This document shows, in pieces, positions 46,085 through 55,685 of a stretch of DNA of 64,000 bases. Each line of letters starts with the position of its first letter. Positions within the stretch are counted from its first letter, which is position 1. Location: positions 68,644 to 132,643 of the forward strand of contig JAFPYR010000021.1 of NCBI GenBank assembly GCA_017412115.1. The letters run 5' to 3'. This DNA comes from Bacteroidales bacterium (GTDB lineage Bacteria > Bacteroidota > Bacteroidia > Bacteroidales > UBA3824). The notes below the pieces were generated by a model that had not been told where the DNA came from, searched no databases, and was given only the letters and a program-made list of their open reading frames with translations. The position numbers and the translations under genes are program-made.

Positions 46085-46108
46085 ATCAAAAAAAATAAAA
46101 TTAGAAAA

Positions 46109-46582
46109 ATGGCTAAAATCACTTATTTAACGGATGAGGGTTTGAAAAAACTTAACGATGAACTCGATCATCTTATCGCCGTAGAGCGTCCGAATATATC
46201 TAAACAAATCGCCGAGGCAAGAGAAAAAGGCGATCTTTCAGAAAACGCCGAATACGATGCCGCTAAAGAGGCTCAAGGTCTTTTGGAATTGAAAATTTCA
46301 AAACTTCAGGATTTGATTAAAAATGCTCGTGTTATTGATAAAAGTCAAATTCAATCGGATATCGTTCAGATTTTGAGTAAGGTAACGATTCAAAACGTTA
46401 AAACCAAAATGAAAATGACTTATACTTTGGTTGCTGAGAGCGAGGCTAATCTCAAAGAAGGTAAAATTTCTGTTGAAACGCCTATCGCTAAAGGTCTTAT
46501 GGGCAAAAAAGTCGGTGATACGGCTAAAATTAAAATTCCTGCCGGTGAAGCAGAATTTAAAATTATCGACATCAGTATTTAA
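46109..46582 (+). CDS. greA: transcription elongation factor GreA
   Basis: ITYLTDEGLKKLNDELDHL...REKGDLSENAEYDAAKEAQ, then the C-terminal FKBP-like domain. Confidence 0.9.
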   Translation: MAKITYLTDEGLKKLNDELDHLIAVERPNISKQIAEAREKGDLSENAEYDAAKEAQGLLELKISKLQDLIKNARVIDKSQIQSDIVQILSKVTIQNVKTKMKMTYTLVAESEANLKEGKISVETPIAKGLMGKKVGDTAKIKIPAGEAEFKIIDISI

Positions 46583-46619
46583 AGAAATTCATAATGCATA
46601 ATTCATAATTAAGAAAAAT

Positions 46620-47018
46620 ATGGCAACAATTTTTTCACGTATTATAAAGGGTGAGATTCCTTGTTATAAAATTGCTGAAAACGATGAGTTTTTCGCATTT
46701 TTGGATGTTAATCCTATCCAAAAAGGACACACGTTGGTTGTTCCGAAAGAGGAAATAAGTTATATTTTTGACATCGACGACGACAAACTCGGTCGTTATA
46801 TGGCTTTCGCAAAAAAAGTTGCAGCAGCTATCAAAGCTGCAATTCCTTGCGTTAAAGTCGGTATTGCGGTTGTCGGACTTGAAGTTCCTCATTCCCACAT
46901 ACATCTTGTTCCTCTCAATCAAGTAAACGATATGTCGTTTGAACACAAAATGACTCTCGAAAAAGAGGAAATGCAGCAGATTGCTGACAAGATTGTTAAA
47001 AATTTTTCTATGAATTAG
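46620..47018 (+). CDS. HIT family hydrolase
   Basis: IFSRIIKGEIP... and the histidine triad HSHIHLVP. Confidence 0.9.
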   Translation: MATIFSRIIKGEIPCYKIAENDEFFAFLDVNPIQKGHTLVVPKEEISYIFDIDDDKLGRYMAFAKKVAAAIKAAIPCVKVGIAVVGLEVPHSHIHLVPLNQVNDMSFEHKMTLEKEEMQQIADKIVKNFSMN

Positions 47019-47076
47019 TTTTAGAACTTTTGGGGCGGGAAATTTTATTTTTCTTCGCCCTTCGTTTTATAAAAAA

Positions 47077-47934
47077 ATGGGAACATTAGAGGCTTTAATT
47101 TTAGGCATTGTTCAGGGGTTGACCGAATTTTTGCCTGTCAGCAGCAGTGGACATCTTCAAATAGGACAACATATTTTAGGTACGACTGAAACCGGCGGTT
47201 TAACATTTGACATCGTCGTACACGTGGCTACCGTTTTGGCGACAATCGTAATTTTCAGAAAACAAATTTGGGATTTGATTTGCGGTTTTTTTAAGAAAAT
47301 TAATCCCGATAATTCACTTTCTTTTTGGCGCAGGCTCAACGAGGCTCAGCGTTATGTGATTTTAATCGTGATTTCAATGATTCCGATCGGCATCGTGGGA
47401 CTTTGTTTTAAGGATAAGGTTGAAGAGATTTTCTCCTCAAGCATTACCGTGGTAGGTGTTTGTCTTATTATAACCTCAATTCTTTTGACTTTAACACATT
47501 ACATCAAACCCCAAGAAGGAAAAGAAAAACAAGATATTTCACCCATACACGCTTTTATAATCGGTTTGGCGCAGGCTGTTGCCGTTTTGCCGGGACTTTC
47601 AAGGTCGGGTTCAACGATTTCTACGGGCTTGGTTTTGGGAAACAAACGCGAGAATGTGGCTCAATTTTCGTTTTTGATGGTTATTCCTCCGATTTTGGGC
47701 GAAGCACTTTTGGATTTTAAACATATTTTTGCACCTTCGGCAGAATATCTTGCTCAACATGGCGGCGAAATGGTTCAAGTCCCGACTTTAGCCTTGATAG
47801 TCGGTTTTGTTGCAGCTTTTATCAGCGGTTGTATCGCTTGTAAATGGATGGTGCAATTAATTAAGAAATGCAAACTTATTTATTTTGCAATTTATTGTTT
47901 TATAATGGGTTGCGTTTGTATTGCTTTCCTTTAG
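47077..47934 (+). CDS. uppP: undecaprenyl-diphosphate phosphatase
   Basis: GIVQGLTEFLPVSSSGHL and PGLSRSGSTISTG, the BacA/UppP motifs. Polytopic. Confidence 0.9.
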   Translation: MGTLEALILGIVQGLTEFLPVSSSGHLQIGQHILGTTETGGLTFDIVVHVATVLATIVIFRKQIWDLICGFFKKINPDNSLSFWRRLNEAQRYVILIVISMIPIGIVGLCFKDKVEEIFSSSITVVGVCLIITSILLTLTHYIKPQEGKEKQDISPIHAFIIGLAQAVAVLPGLSRSGSTISTGLVLGNKRENVAQFSFLMVIPPILGEALLDFKHIFAPSAEYLAQHGGEMVQVPTLALIVGFVAAFISGCIACKWMVQLIKKCKLIYFAIYCFIMGCVCIAFL

Positions 47935-48030
47935 CCGTAACTGAATAAAAAATATTTTAAAAAAAAACGTTCCGAATGATAATCGGGGCGTTTTTTTTGC
48001 ATTATTTATTTTATTTATTAATTTAGCGGT

Positions 48031-50121
48031 ATGATTACAAAGCGGAGTTTTAAAGCTTTTTTGATTGTTTTTTTGATGGCAATCTTTGTAAATCAGAGAG
48101 TTTTGGCTTTTGAGCCTGAAGAAACTTTCGGAATGGAGCTTTGTGCGCATAATCAAACCTATACCTCAAGCGAACTTTTAGCTTGTGTTTTGGTTTCGAT
48201 TTCGGTTTTAATGGTAGCCGTTTTGTATGTCAGAAGATTTTATCTTGAAAAATTATTGAAGGCTCAGGACGATTTGAAAAGTCAAACGGATAGTTTCAAT
48301 GCGACCAAAGAATTATTGGAGTCGCAGCAAGAGAGTCTTAACAATGCTTTGCTGGATTTGTCGGTTTTAAGTGAGTCAGGTCAGTGTATAATCAAAAGCC
48401 AAAGCATGAAAGATATTTCTCAAAACGTTTATAAGGAGATTAAAAAGTTTTTTGAAATTGATTATATAGGAGTCGGTATTTACAACGGTCCTCATTCGAG
48501 TATTGATTTTCCGTCCTTTGTCTTAGATGGCAATGTAATGCCTTTTGCACGTTATAATGTTGAAAATATAAGTAACATGATTGTCTGGTCGTTTATCAAC
48601 AGAAAATCAGTTGTTATCTCCGATTACAAATCCGAGGTCGGTAATTATATTGATACGGATTATTATAAATTAGACACTTCGCTTTTCGGTTCCGCTGTTT
48701 ATGTTCCCTTGTACGACAATGATATGACAATCGGAATGTTTACCGTTCATAGTCTTAAAAAAAATTTTTTCACATCTTATCATTTGAGTATTATCAACAA
48801 TTTGGCAACTTACGTGGAGTTTGCCATTGTTAATATTTCGTATATCAGACGTAACGAATTTCAGAAAAAACTTATTGAAGAAAGAAATGTTGAACTTCAG
48901 AACACGTACAACGATTTAAAAGAGAATCAGCAGAAACTTGAGGATTTGAATTCTGAACTTCAGAGATTTTCCGTTTCGGTCAGCAATACCGAAAATGCCG
49001 TTATCATGTTGGACGAAAACCGTAATATTATTTGGGTAAACAACGCATTTACAAAGATTTACGGTTATACATTCGAAGAATATACAGCCAAAGGTGCTAA
49101 TTATAAAGTTGCCATGAACAATCCCGCTACGATAGCCTATTACGATGAGGTTTTTAGAGATTGTAAGCCGAAAACTTTTACACTTTTGCATTATACTAAA
49201 ACGGGCAAGGAGATTTGGATTCAGTCGTCTGTAACGCCTATTCTTGATTCTAACGGAAATGTTATTCAAACGGTTTCCGTTGATACGGACATTTCAAAAG
49301 TGAAATTTGCCGAAACCGAAATTACCAAGCAGCGCAACGAAATTGAGCTTAAAAACAAGGAAGTTACGAAATCCATTGAATATGCTTCTATTATTCAAAC
49401 CGCTCTGATGACGGGAAAAGCCGCATTGCAGCAACTCTTTAGCGACAGTTTTTATCTTAACCTGCCTAAGGCTATCGTTTCTGGCGATTTCTTGTGGATA
49501 GGTAGTAAATTCGGGCGGAAATATATTGCGCTTTGCGACTGTGCAGGACACGGTGTCCCGGGAGCTTTTGTTTCGTTGATGGGTAAAATGTTTTTGGACG
49601 AAATCCTTCAAACGGCTTGCGAAGAAGATACTCCGGGTATTTTAATTAGGGAATTGAATGATAAACTTCATAATTCCGTTAATAGTTTGAGTAATAAAAT
49701 CGGCGGTGTTGACGGTATGGATTTGTCGTTTTGCATTGTTAATTCCGATAATACGATGTTGGAATATGCCGGGGCTTACCGTCCGCTTTATATTGTCCGT
49801 CAAGGTGAGTTGTCAAAATTTCAGCCTGACCGTTGTTCACTCGGAAATATTGACGAAGATTCTGATTTTCAGTTTGCAACGCATGAAATTGAATTGCAAA
49901 ACGGAGATTTTTTGTTTATGACCTCTGACGGTTATTCCGATCAGTTCGGACAAGAAAACGGGAAAAAAATGGGACGTGTTAATTTTTATAAACTTATAAT
50001 AGAGGCCGCTTCTTTGAGTTGTGATGAGATGTCGGAATTTTTTCTTGAGCATCATATTTCCTGGCGCGGAAGTCTGGAGCAAGTCGATGATATTTCTATG
50101 GTGGGCATACGGATTTCATAA
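48031..50121 (+). CDS. membrane sensor protein: GAF-like + PAS + SpoIIE/PP2C phosphatase
   Basis: TM segments; PAS (NAVIMLDENRNIIWVNNAFTKIYGYTFEE); PP2C/SpoIIE (SGDFLWIG...CDCAGHGVPGAFVSLMG...MTSDGYSDQ...DDISMVGIRI). Confidence 0.8.
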   Translation: MITKRSFKAFLIVFLMAIFVNQRVLAFEPEETFGMELCAHNQTYTSSELLACVLVSISVLMVAVLYVRRFYLEKLLKAQDDLKSQTDSFNATKELLESQQESLNNALLDLSVLSESGQCIIKSQSMKDISQNVYKEIKKFFEIDYIGVGIYNGPHSSIDFPSFVLDGNVMPFARYNVENISNMIVWSFINRKSVVISDYKSEVGNYIDTDYYKLDTSLFGSAVYVPLYDNDMTIGMFTVHSLKKNFFTSYHLSIINNLATYVEFAIVNISYIRRNEFQKKLIEERNVELQNTYNDLKENQQKLEDLNSELQRFSVSVSNTENAVIMLDENRNIIWVNNAFTKIYGYTFEEYTAKGANYKVAMNNPATIAYYDEVFRDCKPKTFTLLHYTKTGKEIWIQSSVTPILDSNGNVIQTVSVDTDISKVKFAETEITKQRNEIELKNKEVTKSIEYASIIQTALMTGKAALQQLFSDSFYLNLPKAIVSGDFLWIGSKFGRKYIALCDCAGHGVPGAFVSLMGKMFLDEILQTACEEDTPGILIRELNDKLHNSVNSLSNKIGGVDGMDLSFCIVNSDNTMLEYAGAYRPLYIVRQGELSKFQPDRCSLGNIDEDSDFQFATHEIELQNGDFLFMTSDGYSDQFGQENGKKMGRVNFYKLIIEAASLSCDEMSEFFLEHHISWRGSLEQVDDISMVGIRIS

Positions 50122-50157
50122 TTTCCCCCTTTCTTTTTTTTAGAAAAAAATCAGTTT

Positions 50158-50283
50158 TTAGAATGTCGAGATGATTTTTTTTATCATTGCAACGATAAAA
50201 AATATGCACGAAGATAATGCAGCTGTTATCAAGCTGAACCCAATGAAAATCAACGCTTTTTTCAGTTTTATATTATTTTCCAT
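50158..50283 (-). CDS. possible 41-aa small hydrophobic protein
   Basis: Hand-translated: MENNIKLKKALIFIGFSLITAALSSCIFFIVAMIKKIISTF*. One TM-like helix in an otherwise empty 340-bp gap. Confidence 0.25.
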   Translation of the reverse strand: MENNIKLKKALIFIGFSLITAALSSCIFFIVAMIKKIISTF

Positions 50284-50431
50284 GTTTTTTGTGTGTTAAA
50301 GGAAAGTTAATTTTGTTATTTTCTGCATATATAACACGGGAAATGTTATCAACCCTATAAAAAAAATTAGAAATTTTTATTCAATTCTGAAGTTTTTTTT
50401 CATCAATATAAAATTTAATGTTTTTTATTTT

Positions 50432-50439
50432 TATATTTG
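50432..50439 (+). promoter_or_regulatory. -7 box TATATTTG
   Basis: 25 nt upstream of ATG 50464. Confidence 0.4.
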
Positions 50440-50463
50440 CCTTAAAAAAATAAAATCGAAATT

Positions 50464-50823
50464 ATGGACATCGAGAAGTTTCGCGAATATTGTCTTTCCA
50501 AGCCTTGCGTTACAGAGGATTTTCCCTTTGACGAGGACCTTTTGACATTTCGTATTTGCAACGAGATATTTGCTTGTATTTCAATGAGTAACCCTGAACT
50601 TGCCGTTATGAAATGCGACCCTGAAAAAGCTCTTGAACTTAGAGAGCAATACTCTTCAATCGAAGGCGCGTTTCATTGGAACAAGAAGTTTTGGAATCAA
50701 ATCCGTTTCAACAGCGATGCTAACGACAAACTGATTTTCTCTCTTGTAGACCATTCGTATGACGAGGTTGTTAAGAAATTAACAAAGAAAGAAAAGTCCC
50801 AAATCATGGGTTCAGATTCCTAA
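50464..50823 (+). CDS. MmcQ/YjbR family DNA-binding protein
   Basis: FREYCLSKPCVTEDFPFDEDLLTFRI...FHWNKKFWNQI, typical YjbR fold signature. Confidence 0.8.
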   Translation: MDIEKFREYCLSKPCVTEDFPFDEDLLTFRICNEIFACISMSNPELAVMKCDPEKALELREQYSSIEGAFHWNKKFWNQIRFNSDANDKLIFSLVDHSYDEVVKKLTKKEKSQIMGSDS

Positions 50824-50885
50824 AAAAACATGTAAAATTAACTTCTGCATTAGAGAAAAAAATTGACTTTTTCTCAAAATTTTAT

Positions 50886-50893
50886 TAATTTTG
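50886..50893 (+). promoter_or_regulatory. -7 box TAATTTTG for the hemN operon
   Basis: ~23 nt upstream of the TTG start at 50916. Confidence 0.4.
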
Positions 50894-50915
50894 CGGTCTG
50901 AAAATCAGCAAAATT

Positions 50916-52280
50916 TTGAAACAAAATATCATCGAAAAATACAATGTACCTGTGCCGAGGTACACAAGTTATCCGCCCGCAAACTATTTTGCAGAGTTTA
51001 GCGAAGCGGACTTTAAAAATGCCGTCTTAATCTCTAACGAGGAAAAAGACAGCAATTTGTCGTTTTATATTCATTTCCCGTATTGCCCAAGGCTTTGCCA
51101 TTATTGTGCTTGCAATTCTTATGCTATGCCTCAAAAGGTAGATGTCGAAAAATATATCAAGGCTCTACACAAGGAAATCGACATGATTTTGCCGCTTTTG
51201 AACTCTAACAGAAAAATTTCACAAATTCATTACGGCGGCGGCACTCCTACGGCAATGCCTCTAAATGCAATTAAAGAACTTAATCAGCATTTACTGAGTA
51301 GTTTTCAGACGATTGAAAAGCCCGAAATCGCAATAGAATGTCATCCCGGCTATCTCGACGAAAAAGGTTGGCAAACTCTTGCCGAGGCGGGATTTACGCG
51401 GATGAGTTTGGGTATTCAGGATTTTAATGCTGACGTGCTTAAAACCGTTAATAGAAAACCTTCGCTGATTCCTATTGAAGAGGTGTTTAAGATTTTGCGT
51501 CAAAAAAATATTAAAATTAATCTCGATTTTCTTTACGGACTTCCGATTCAAACACCTGAGAGTTTTTATAACACTATCAGTAAGGCAGTTGCGCTTTCAC
51601 CGGATAGACTTGTAACTTTCAGTTACGCTCATGTGCCATGGATTAAAAAAGCACAATTAATCCTCGAAAAAGCAGGACTTCCAACGCCAGAAAACAAGGA
51701 AAAAATGTTTGAAAATGCTGCTCAACTCCTTGAAAAAGAAGGATATGTGCGCATCGGAATGGATCATTTCGTAAAACAAGATGACGAACTTTTTGAAGCA
51801 CTTCAAAACCATCGTCTCCACAGAAATTTTCAAGGCTATTGCACAAGACGTACAACGGCTCAGGTTTATGCTTTTGGCGTAACGGGAATTAGTCAGCTTA
51901 CCTCGGCTTATGCACAGAATACCAAGGATATAGCCGAATATGTTGATGAGGTTTTTAATGGTAAAATACCTGTTAGAAAGGGTTATCAACTAAATAAAAA
52001 TCAACAATTGGTACGAGAGGTTATTGAGGCCTTGATGTGTAATTATTACGTTGATTTTAAGGAAATTGCAGAAAGATTAAAGGTCGAAATTAAAGATCTA
52101 AAATCTGCAACGGAATATAATTTAGAAGTTTTTTCCAAGATGAGGGACGACGGTATTTTGGAATTTGACGAAAATACTTTAAAAATCACCGCCGAAGGGT
52201 CGCCTTTTGTGCGCAATGTTGCCGCTTCTCTCGATCCGCTGATGAAGAACACTACAAAATCATTCTCAAAACCGATTTAA
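50916..52280 (+). CDS. hemN: oxygen-independent coproporphyrinogen III oxidase (radical SAM); TTG start
   Basis: PRYTSYPPANYF; radical-SAM CPRLCHYCAC; HYGGGTPT. Confidence 0.9.
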   Translation: MKQNIIEKYNVPVPRYTSYPPANYFAEFSEADFKNAVLISNEEKDSNLSFYIHFPYCPRLCHYCACNSYAMPQKVDVEKYIKALHKEIDMILPLLNSNRKISQIHYGGGTPTAMPLNAIKELNQHLLSSFQTIEKPEIAIECHPGYLDEKGWQTLAEAGFTRMSLGIQDFNADVLKTVNRKPSLIPIEEVFKILRQKNIKINLDFLYGLPIQTPESFYNTISKAVALSPDRLVTFSYAHVPWIKKAQLILEKAGLPTPENKEKMFENAAQLLEKEGYVRIGMDHFVKQDDELFEALQNHRLHRNFQGYCTRRTTAQVYAFGVTGISQLTSAYAQNTKDIAEYVDEVFNGKIPVRKGYQLNKNQQLVREVIEALMCNYYVDFKEIAERLKVEIKDLKSATEYNLEVFSKMRDDGILEFDENTLKITAEGSPFVRNVAASLDPLMKNTTKSFSKPI

Positions 52281-52281
52281 A

Positions 52282-53658
52282 ATGAAAACAGATATATTAA
52301 TTATAGGTGCGGGTCTTACGGGACTTACAACCGCCTACACGTTAGCCTCAAAGGGCAAAAATGTTCATGTGTTGGAGCGTATGGAACGCCCCGGAGGTCA
52401 GATTCATACGTATTCAGAAGATGGTTTTGTTTTTGAAAGCGGTCCCAACACAGGCTCGATTTCAAATCCGGAGGTCGTAGAACTTATGCAGGAACTCGAA
52501 AAAACATCCAACGGAAAATGCCGTCTTGAAACCGCCCCCGATTCGTCGAAAAGGCGTTTGATTTGGAAGGGCGACCGTTTCAGAGAATTGCCTTCGGGAC
52601 TTGGAAGCGCAATCACAACTCCGCTTTTTACCCTCGGAGATAAATTTAGAATTTTGGGCGAACCGTGGCGAAAAAAAGGTACTAACCCCGATGAAACGGT
52701 TGGCGAATTGGCACGCCGCAGACTCGGAAAATCTTTCGTTGATTATGCCGTAGATCCTTTTCTTTCTGGAGTTTATGCCGGCGACCCTAATACTTTGGTA
52801 ACACGTTACGCATTGCCAAAACTTTATAATTTGGAACAAAATTATGGTTCGTTTGTGCGCGGTGCTATTAAAAAAGCAAAAGAGCCCAAAACCGACCGCG
52901 ACAAATTGGCTACAAAAAAAGTATTTTCTGCCATCGGTGGACTTTCAAATATAACAGATTCGATGGCTGACTTTTTGGGAGATAGAATTTCGCTCGGTGT
53001 CAGCAATTTAAAAATAAATCCGAAAGAAAACGCTTGGGAAGCAACTTTCTTGGATAAAAGCGGTAATTCTCAAACAATTAGCGCATTAACGGTGATAACA
53101 ACTTGCGGTTCGTATTCGTTGCCGGAGATTTTGCCGTTTGTGGAAACCGAGGATATGAATAAAGTTAATAACTTAAAATACGCTCCGATGATTGAAGTTT
53201 GCGTGGGCGTAAAAGATACTTTAGGCGGAGATTACAATGCTTTTGGCGGACTTGTGCCGACAATTGAAAAGAAAAAAGTTCTTGGAGTTTTGTTTCCATC
53301 AGCATGTTTTTCGGGACGTGCGCCTAAGTGCGGAGCGTTGTTTACGTATTTTATTGGTGGTGTTAAACACGCTGATATGCTCGAAAAATCCGACTCGGAA
53401 ATCACCTCTATCGTTGAGGAAGTTTTTCACGATATGCTGAAATTTCCATCGTCTGCAAAGCCTGATTTGATAAAAATTTTCAGACATAAGACGGCAATTC
53501 CGCAGTACGAACTTTCAACAGGAGAGCGACTTGCAGCCGTTGAAAAACTGCAAACAAAATATCCAGGACTTATCATTGCGGGCAACCTTCGCGATGGTAT
53601 CGGTATGGCTCACCGCATAAAACAAGCCCGCGACATTGCCGAAAAATTAATCGGATAA
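52282..53658 (+). CDS. hemY: protoporphyrinogen oxidase (FAD, HemY type)
   Basis: ILIIGAGLTGLTTAYTLA...VLERMERPGGQIHT; 458 aa; located within the heme operon. Confidence 0.8.
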   Translation: MKTDILIIGAGLTGLTTAYTLASKGKNVHVLERMERPGGQIHTYSEDGFVFESGPNTGSISNPEVVELMQELEKTSNGKCRLETAPDSSKRRLIWKGDRFRELPSGLGSAITTPLFTLGDKFRILGEPWRKKGTNPDETVGELARRRLGKSFVDYAVDPFLSGVYAGDPNTLVTRYALPKLYNLEQNYGSFVRGAIKKAKEPKTDRDKLATKKVFSAIGGLSNITDSMADFLGDRISLGVSNLKINPKENAWEATFLDKSGNSQTISALTVITTCGSYSLPEILPFVETEDMNKVNNLKYAPMIEVCVGVKDTLGGDYNAFGGLVPTIEKKKVLGVLFPSACFSGRAPKCGALFTYFIGGVKHADMLEKSDSEITSIVEEVFHDMLKFPSSAKPDLIKIFRHKTAIPQYELSTGERLAAVEKLQTKYPGLIIAGNLRDGIGMAHRIKQARDIAEKLIG

Positions 53659-53662
53659 AAAG

Positions 53663-54658
53663 ATGATAAAGTGTTTTCAAAATATTAATCGTCCGCCGGT
53701 ATGGTTGATGCGTCAGGCGGGAAGAGTGTTGCCAAGGTACAGAAAATTAAGAGAAAAGTATAGTTTTCGTGAACTTATGGAAACTCCGCAACTTGCCTCT
53801 GATGTTACACTTATGCCAGTAGAAGACCTTGGAGTGGATTTCGCAATTATTTTTAGCGACATTCTAACAGTACCGACGGCTTTGGGCATGGAAATAGAAT
53901 GGACGGAGTGTGGTCCGAAGTTTTTGAAACCACTTTGTGAGTTGGATAATCCGTCGAAATCGCTGAAAATAAATACTGAAAAATTTTCACACGTTTATAA
54001 GGCGATTGATAATGTTGTAAGTAGAAAAAATGTGCCGTTAATCGGTTTTTGCGGTGCTCCGCTTACAACGTTATGCTATATGATTCAGGGTGTTAGCAGC
54101 AAACAAAATTTTCCTGAGGCAAAAAAGTTTTTCTATACTCAAGCCTCAGACGCAAAAAAACTGATTGAAATTGTTACTGAAATTTCAATCGAATACGCTT
54201 TGAAACAGGTAGAGCACGGTGTTGAAGTTTTTCAGATTTTTGAGAGTAACGCCGGAATTTTGCCGACCGAAATGTATAAAGCGTTGATTTTGCCGAGTGT
54301 CAAGAAAATCTCTGACGCTGTACGCTCAAAAGGTGTCCCCGTGATTTTCTTTCCAAAAGGTATCGGGTTGGGACTAAAAAATATAACGTCGGAAATTTGC
54401 GATATTGTTGGAATAGATTGGCAGACAGATATTTGGGAGGCTCGACAAGTGGTTGATAACAAGGTAATGCTTCAAGGCAATTTTGACCCGCACTTGCTTT
54501 TGTCGCCACAAGAAAAAATCGCTGAGGAAATTGAAAAATATAGAAATTTCTTCTCTGAAAATCCTGATTGGATTGTCAATTTAGGTCATGGTGTTTTGGC
54601 GGAAACACCGTTTGAAAATGTAAAATTTTTTGTTGATAAAATAAAAAGTTTAAGATAA
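53663..54658 (+). CDS. hemE: uroporphyrinogen decarboxylase
   Basis: RPPVWLMRQAGRVLPRYRKLRE, the UroD signature. Confidence 0.9.
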   Translation: MIKCFQNINRPPVWLMRQAGRVLPRYRKLREKYSFRELMETPQLASDVTLMPVEDLGVDFAIIFSDILTVPTALGMEIEWTECGPKFLKPLCELDNPSKSLKINTEKFSHVYKAIDNVVSRKNVPLIGFCGAPLTTLCYMIQGVSSKQNFPEAKKFFYTQASDAKKLIEIVTEISIEYALKQVEHGVEVFQIFESNAGILPTEMYKALILPSVKKISDAVRSKGVPVIFFPKGIGLGLKNITSEICDIVGIDWQTDIWEARQVVDNKVMLQGNFDPHLLLSPQEKIAEEIEKYRNFFSENPDWIVNLGHGVLAETPFENVKFFVDKIKSLR

Positions 54659-54659
54659 A

Positions 54660-55556
54660 ATGATTCAGTATAAGTCAATTAGCCATCAGAATACGTCGCT
54701 TGCCGATAGGGAGCGATTTTTTAAGGAGTTTAACCGAGAAGGTGTTGGACCGTCTGTTTTTTTGCAGACTTGCAACCGTGTGGAACTTTACTATGGCGAC
54801 GGTGAGATTCCAAGTGAAGTATCGCGTCATCTTTTCCGTGTGGTTTGCGGTTTGGAATCGGCTATTACGGGCGAAAAAGCGGTTCAGGGACAGGTGAAAG
54901 ATGCTTATCTTGCGGCTCGAAATTCGCAAAAATTGCCTACGCCGATGCACAAACTTTTCGAAAGTGCCTTGCAAATTGGCAAACGTGTTCGCAACGAGAC
55001 GGAGATTTCGCACGGTGCGGTAAGCCACTCCTTGGCTGCTATTGAAATCATTGAACAAGAAAAAATCGACCTTTCAAATGCGAGGATTACGATTATTGGT
55101 GTTAACAAATTGACTGCTGACATCATTAAATTTTTGCACAATAAGGGTGCGCGGCTTGTTTTTCTTGCCAACAGAACGGAAGAAAAAGCCCGCAAACTTG
55201 CTGAACCATACGGCATTGATGTTTTCACGCTTGACGAGAAAGCAACATTTATGCAAGAAACCGACATTTTGATAAGTGCAACCTCGGCGCCATGTTCTAT
55301 TATCAAGAAATCGGATATTAATCCTAATCGTCCGTTGTTGGCTATTGACCTTGCTTTTCCGCGTGATATTGAACCCGATGTTACAGAAATTGAAGGCGTT
55401 ACGCTTTACAACCTTCATGATGTGGAGCAGAAAGTAAAGGATAATATTTCGATTCGTGAAGACGAAGTGAAAAAAGCGGAAGCCCTCATTGAAGAAGAAA
55501 TTGCTGAATTACAAGATATTATGGAACGTCGCAAACGTTATACGATGATAGCATAA
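54660..55556 (+). CDS. hemA: glutamyl-tRNA reductase, short form (298 aa)
   Basis: Catalytic motif LQTCNRVELY; GLESAITGEKAVQGQVK; Rossmann-like ITIIGVNKLTADII. The protein ends shortly after the NADPH domain. Confidence 0.75.
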   Translation: MIQYKSISHQNTSLADRERFFKEFNREGVGPSVFLQTCNRVELYYGDGEIPSEVSRHLFRVVCGLESAITGEKAVQGQVKDAYLAARNSQKLPTPMHKLFESALQIGKRVRNETEISHGAVSHSLAAIEIIEQEKIDLSNARITIIGVNKLTADIIKFLHNKGARLVFLANRTEEKARKLAEPYGIDVFTLDEKATFMQETDILISATSAPCSIIKKSDINPNRPLLAIDLAFPRDIEPDVTEIEGVTLYNLHDVEQKVKDNISIREDEVKKAEALIEEEIAELQDIMERRKRYTMIA

Positions 55557-55583
55557 TAAGCGAAAATTTTTTTTAAAGGAAAG

Positions 55584-55619
55584 AGACTATTGAACTTTTG
55601 GGTCAATAGTCTTTTTTTT
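55584..55619 (+). terminator. rho-independent terminator after hemA
   Basis: AGACTATTGA-loop-TCAATAGTCT followed by T8. Confidence 0.8.
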
Positions 55620-55641
55620 GTATTTTTTCTTAAAAAAATTT

Positions 55642-55649
55642 TATCTTTG
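55642..55649 (+). promoter_or_regulatory. -7 box TATCTTTG
   Basis: ~37 nt upstream of ATG 55686. Confidence 0.45.
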
Positions 55650-55685
55650 TAGCAAGAAATAAACTTAAAAAAATAGTAATCAATC

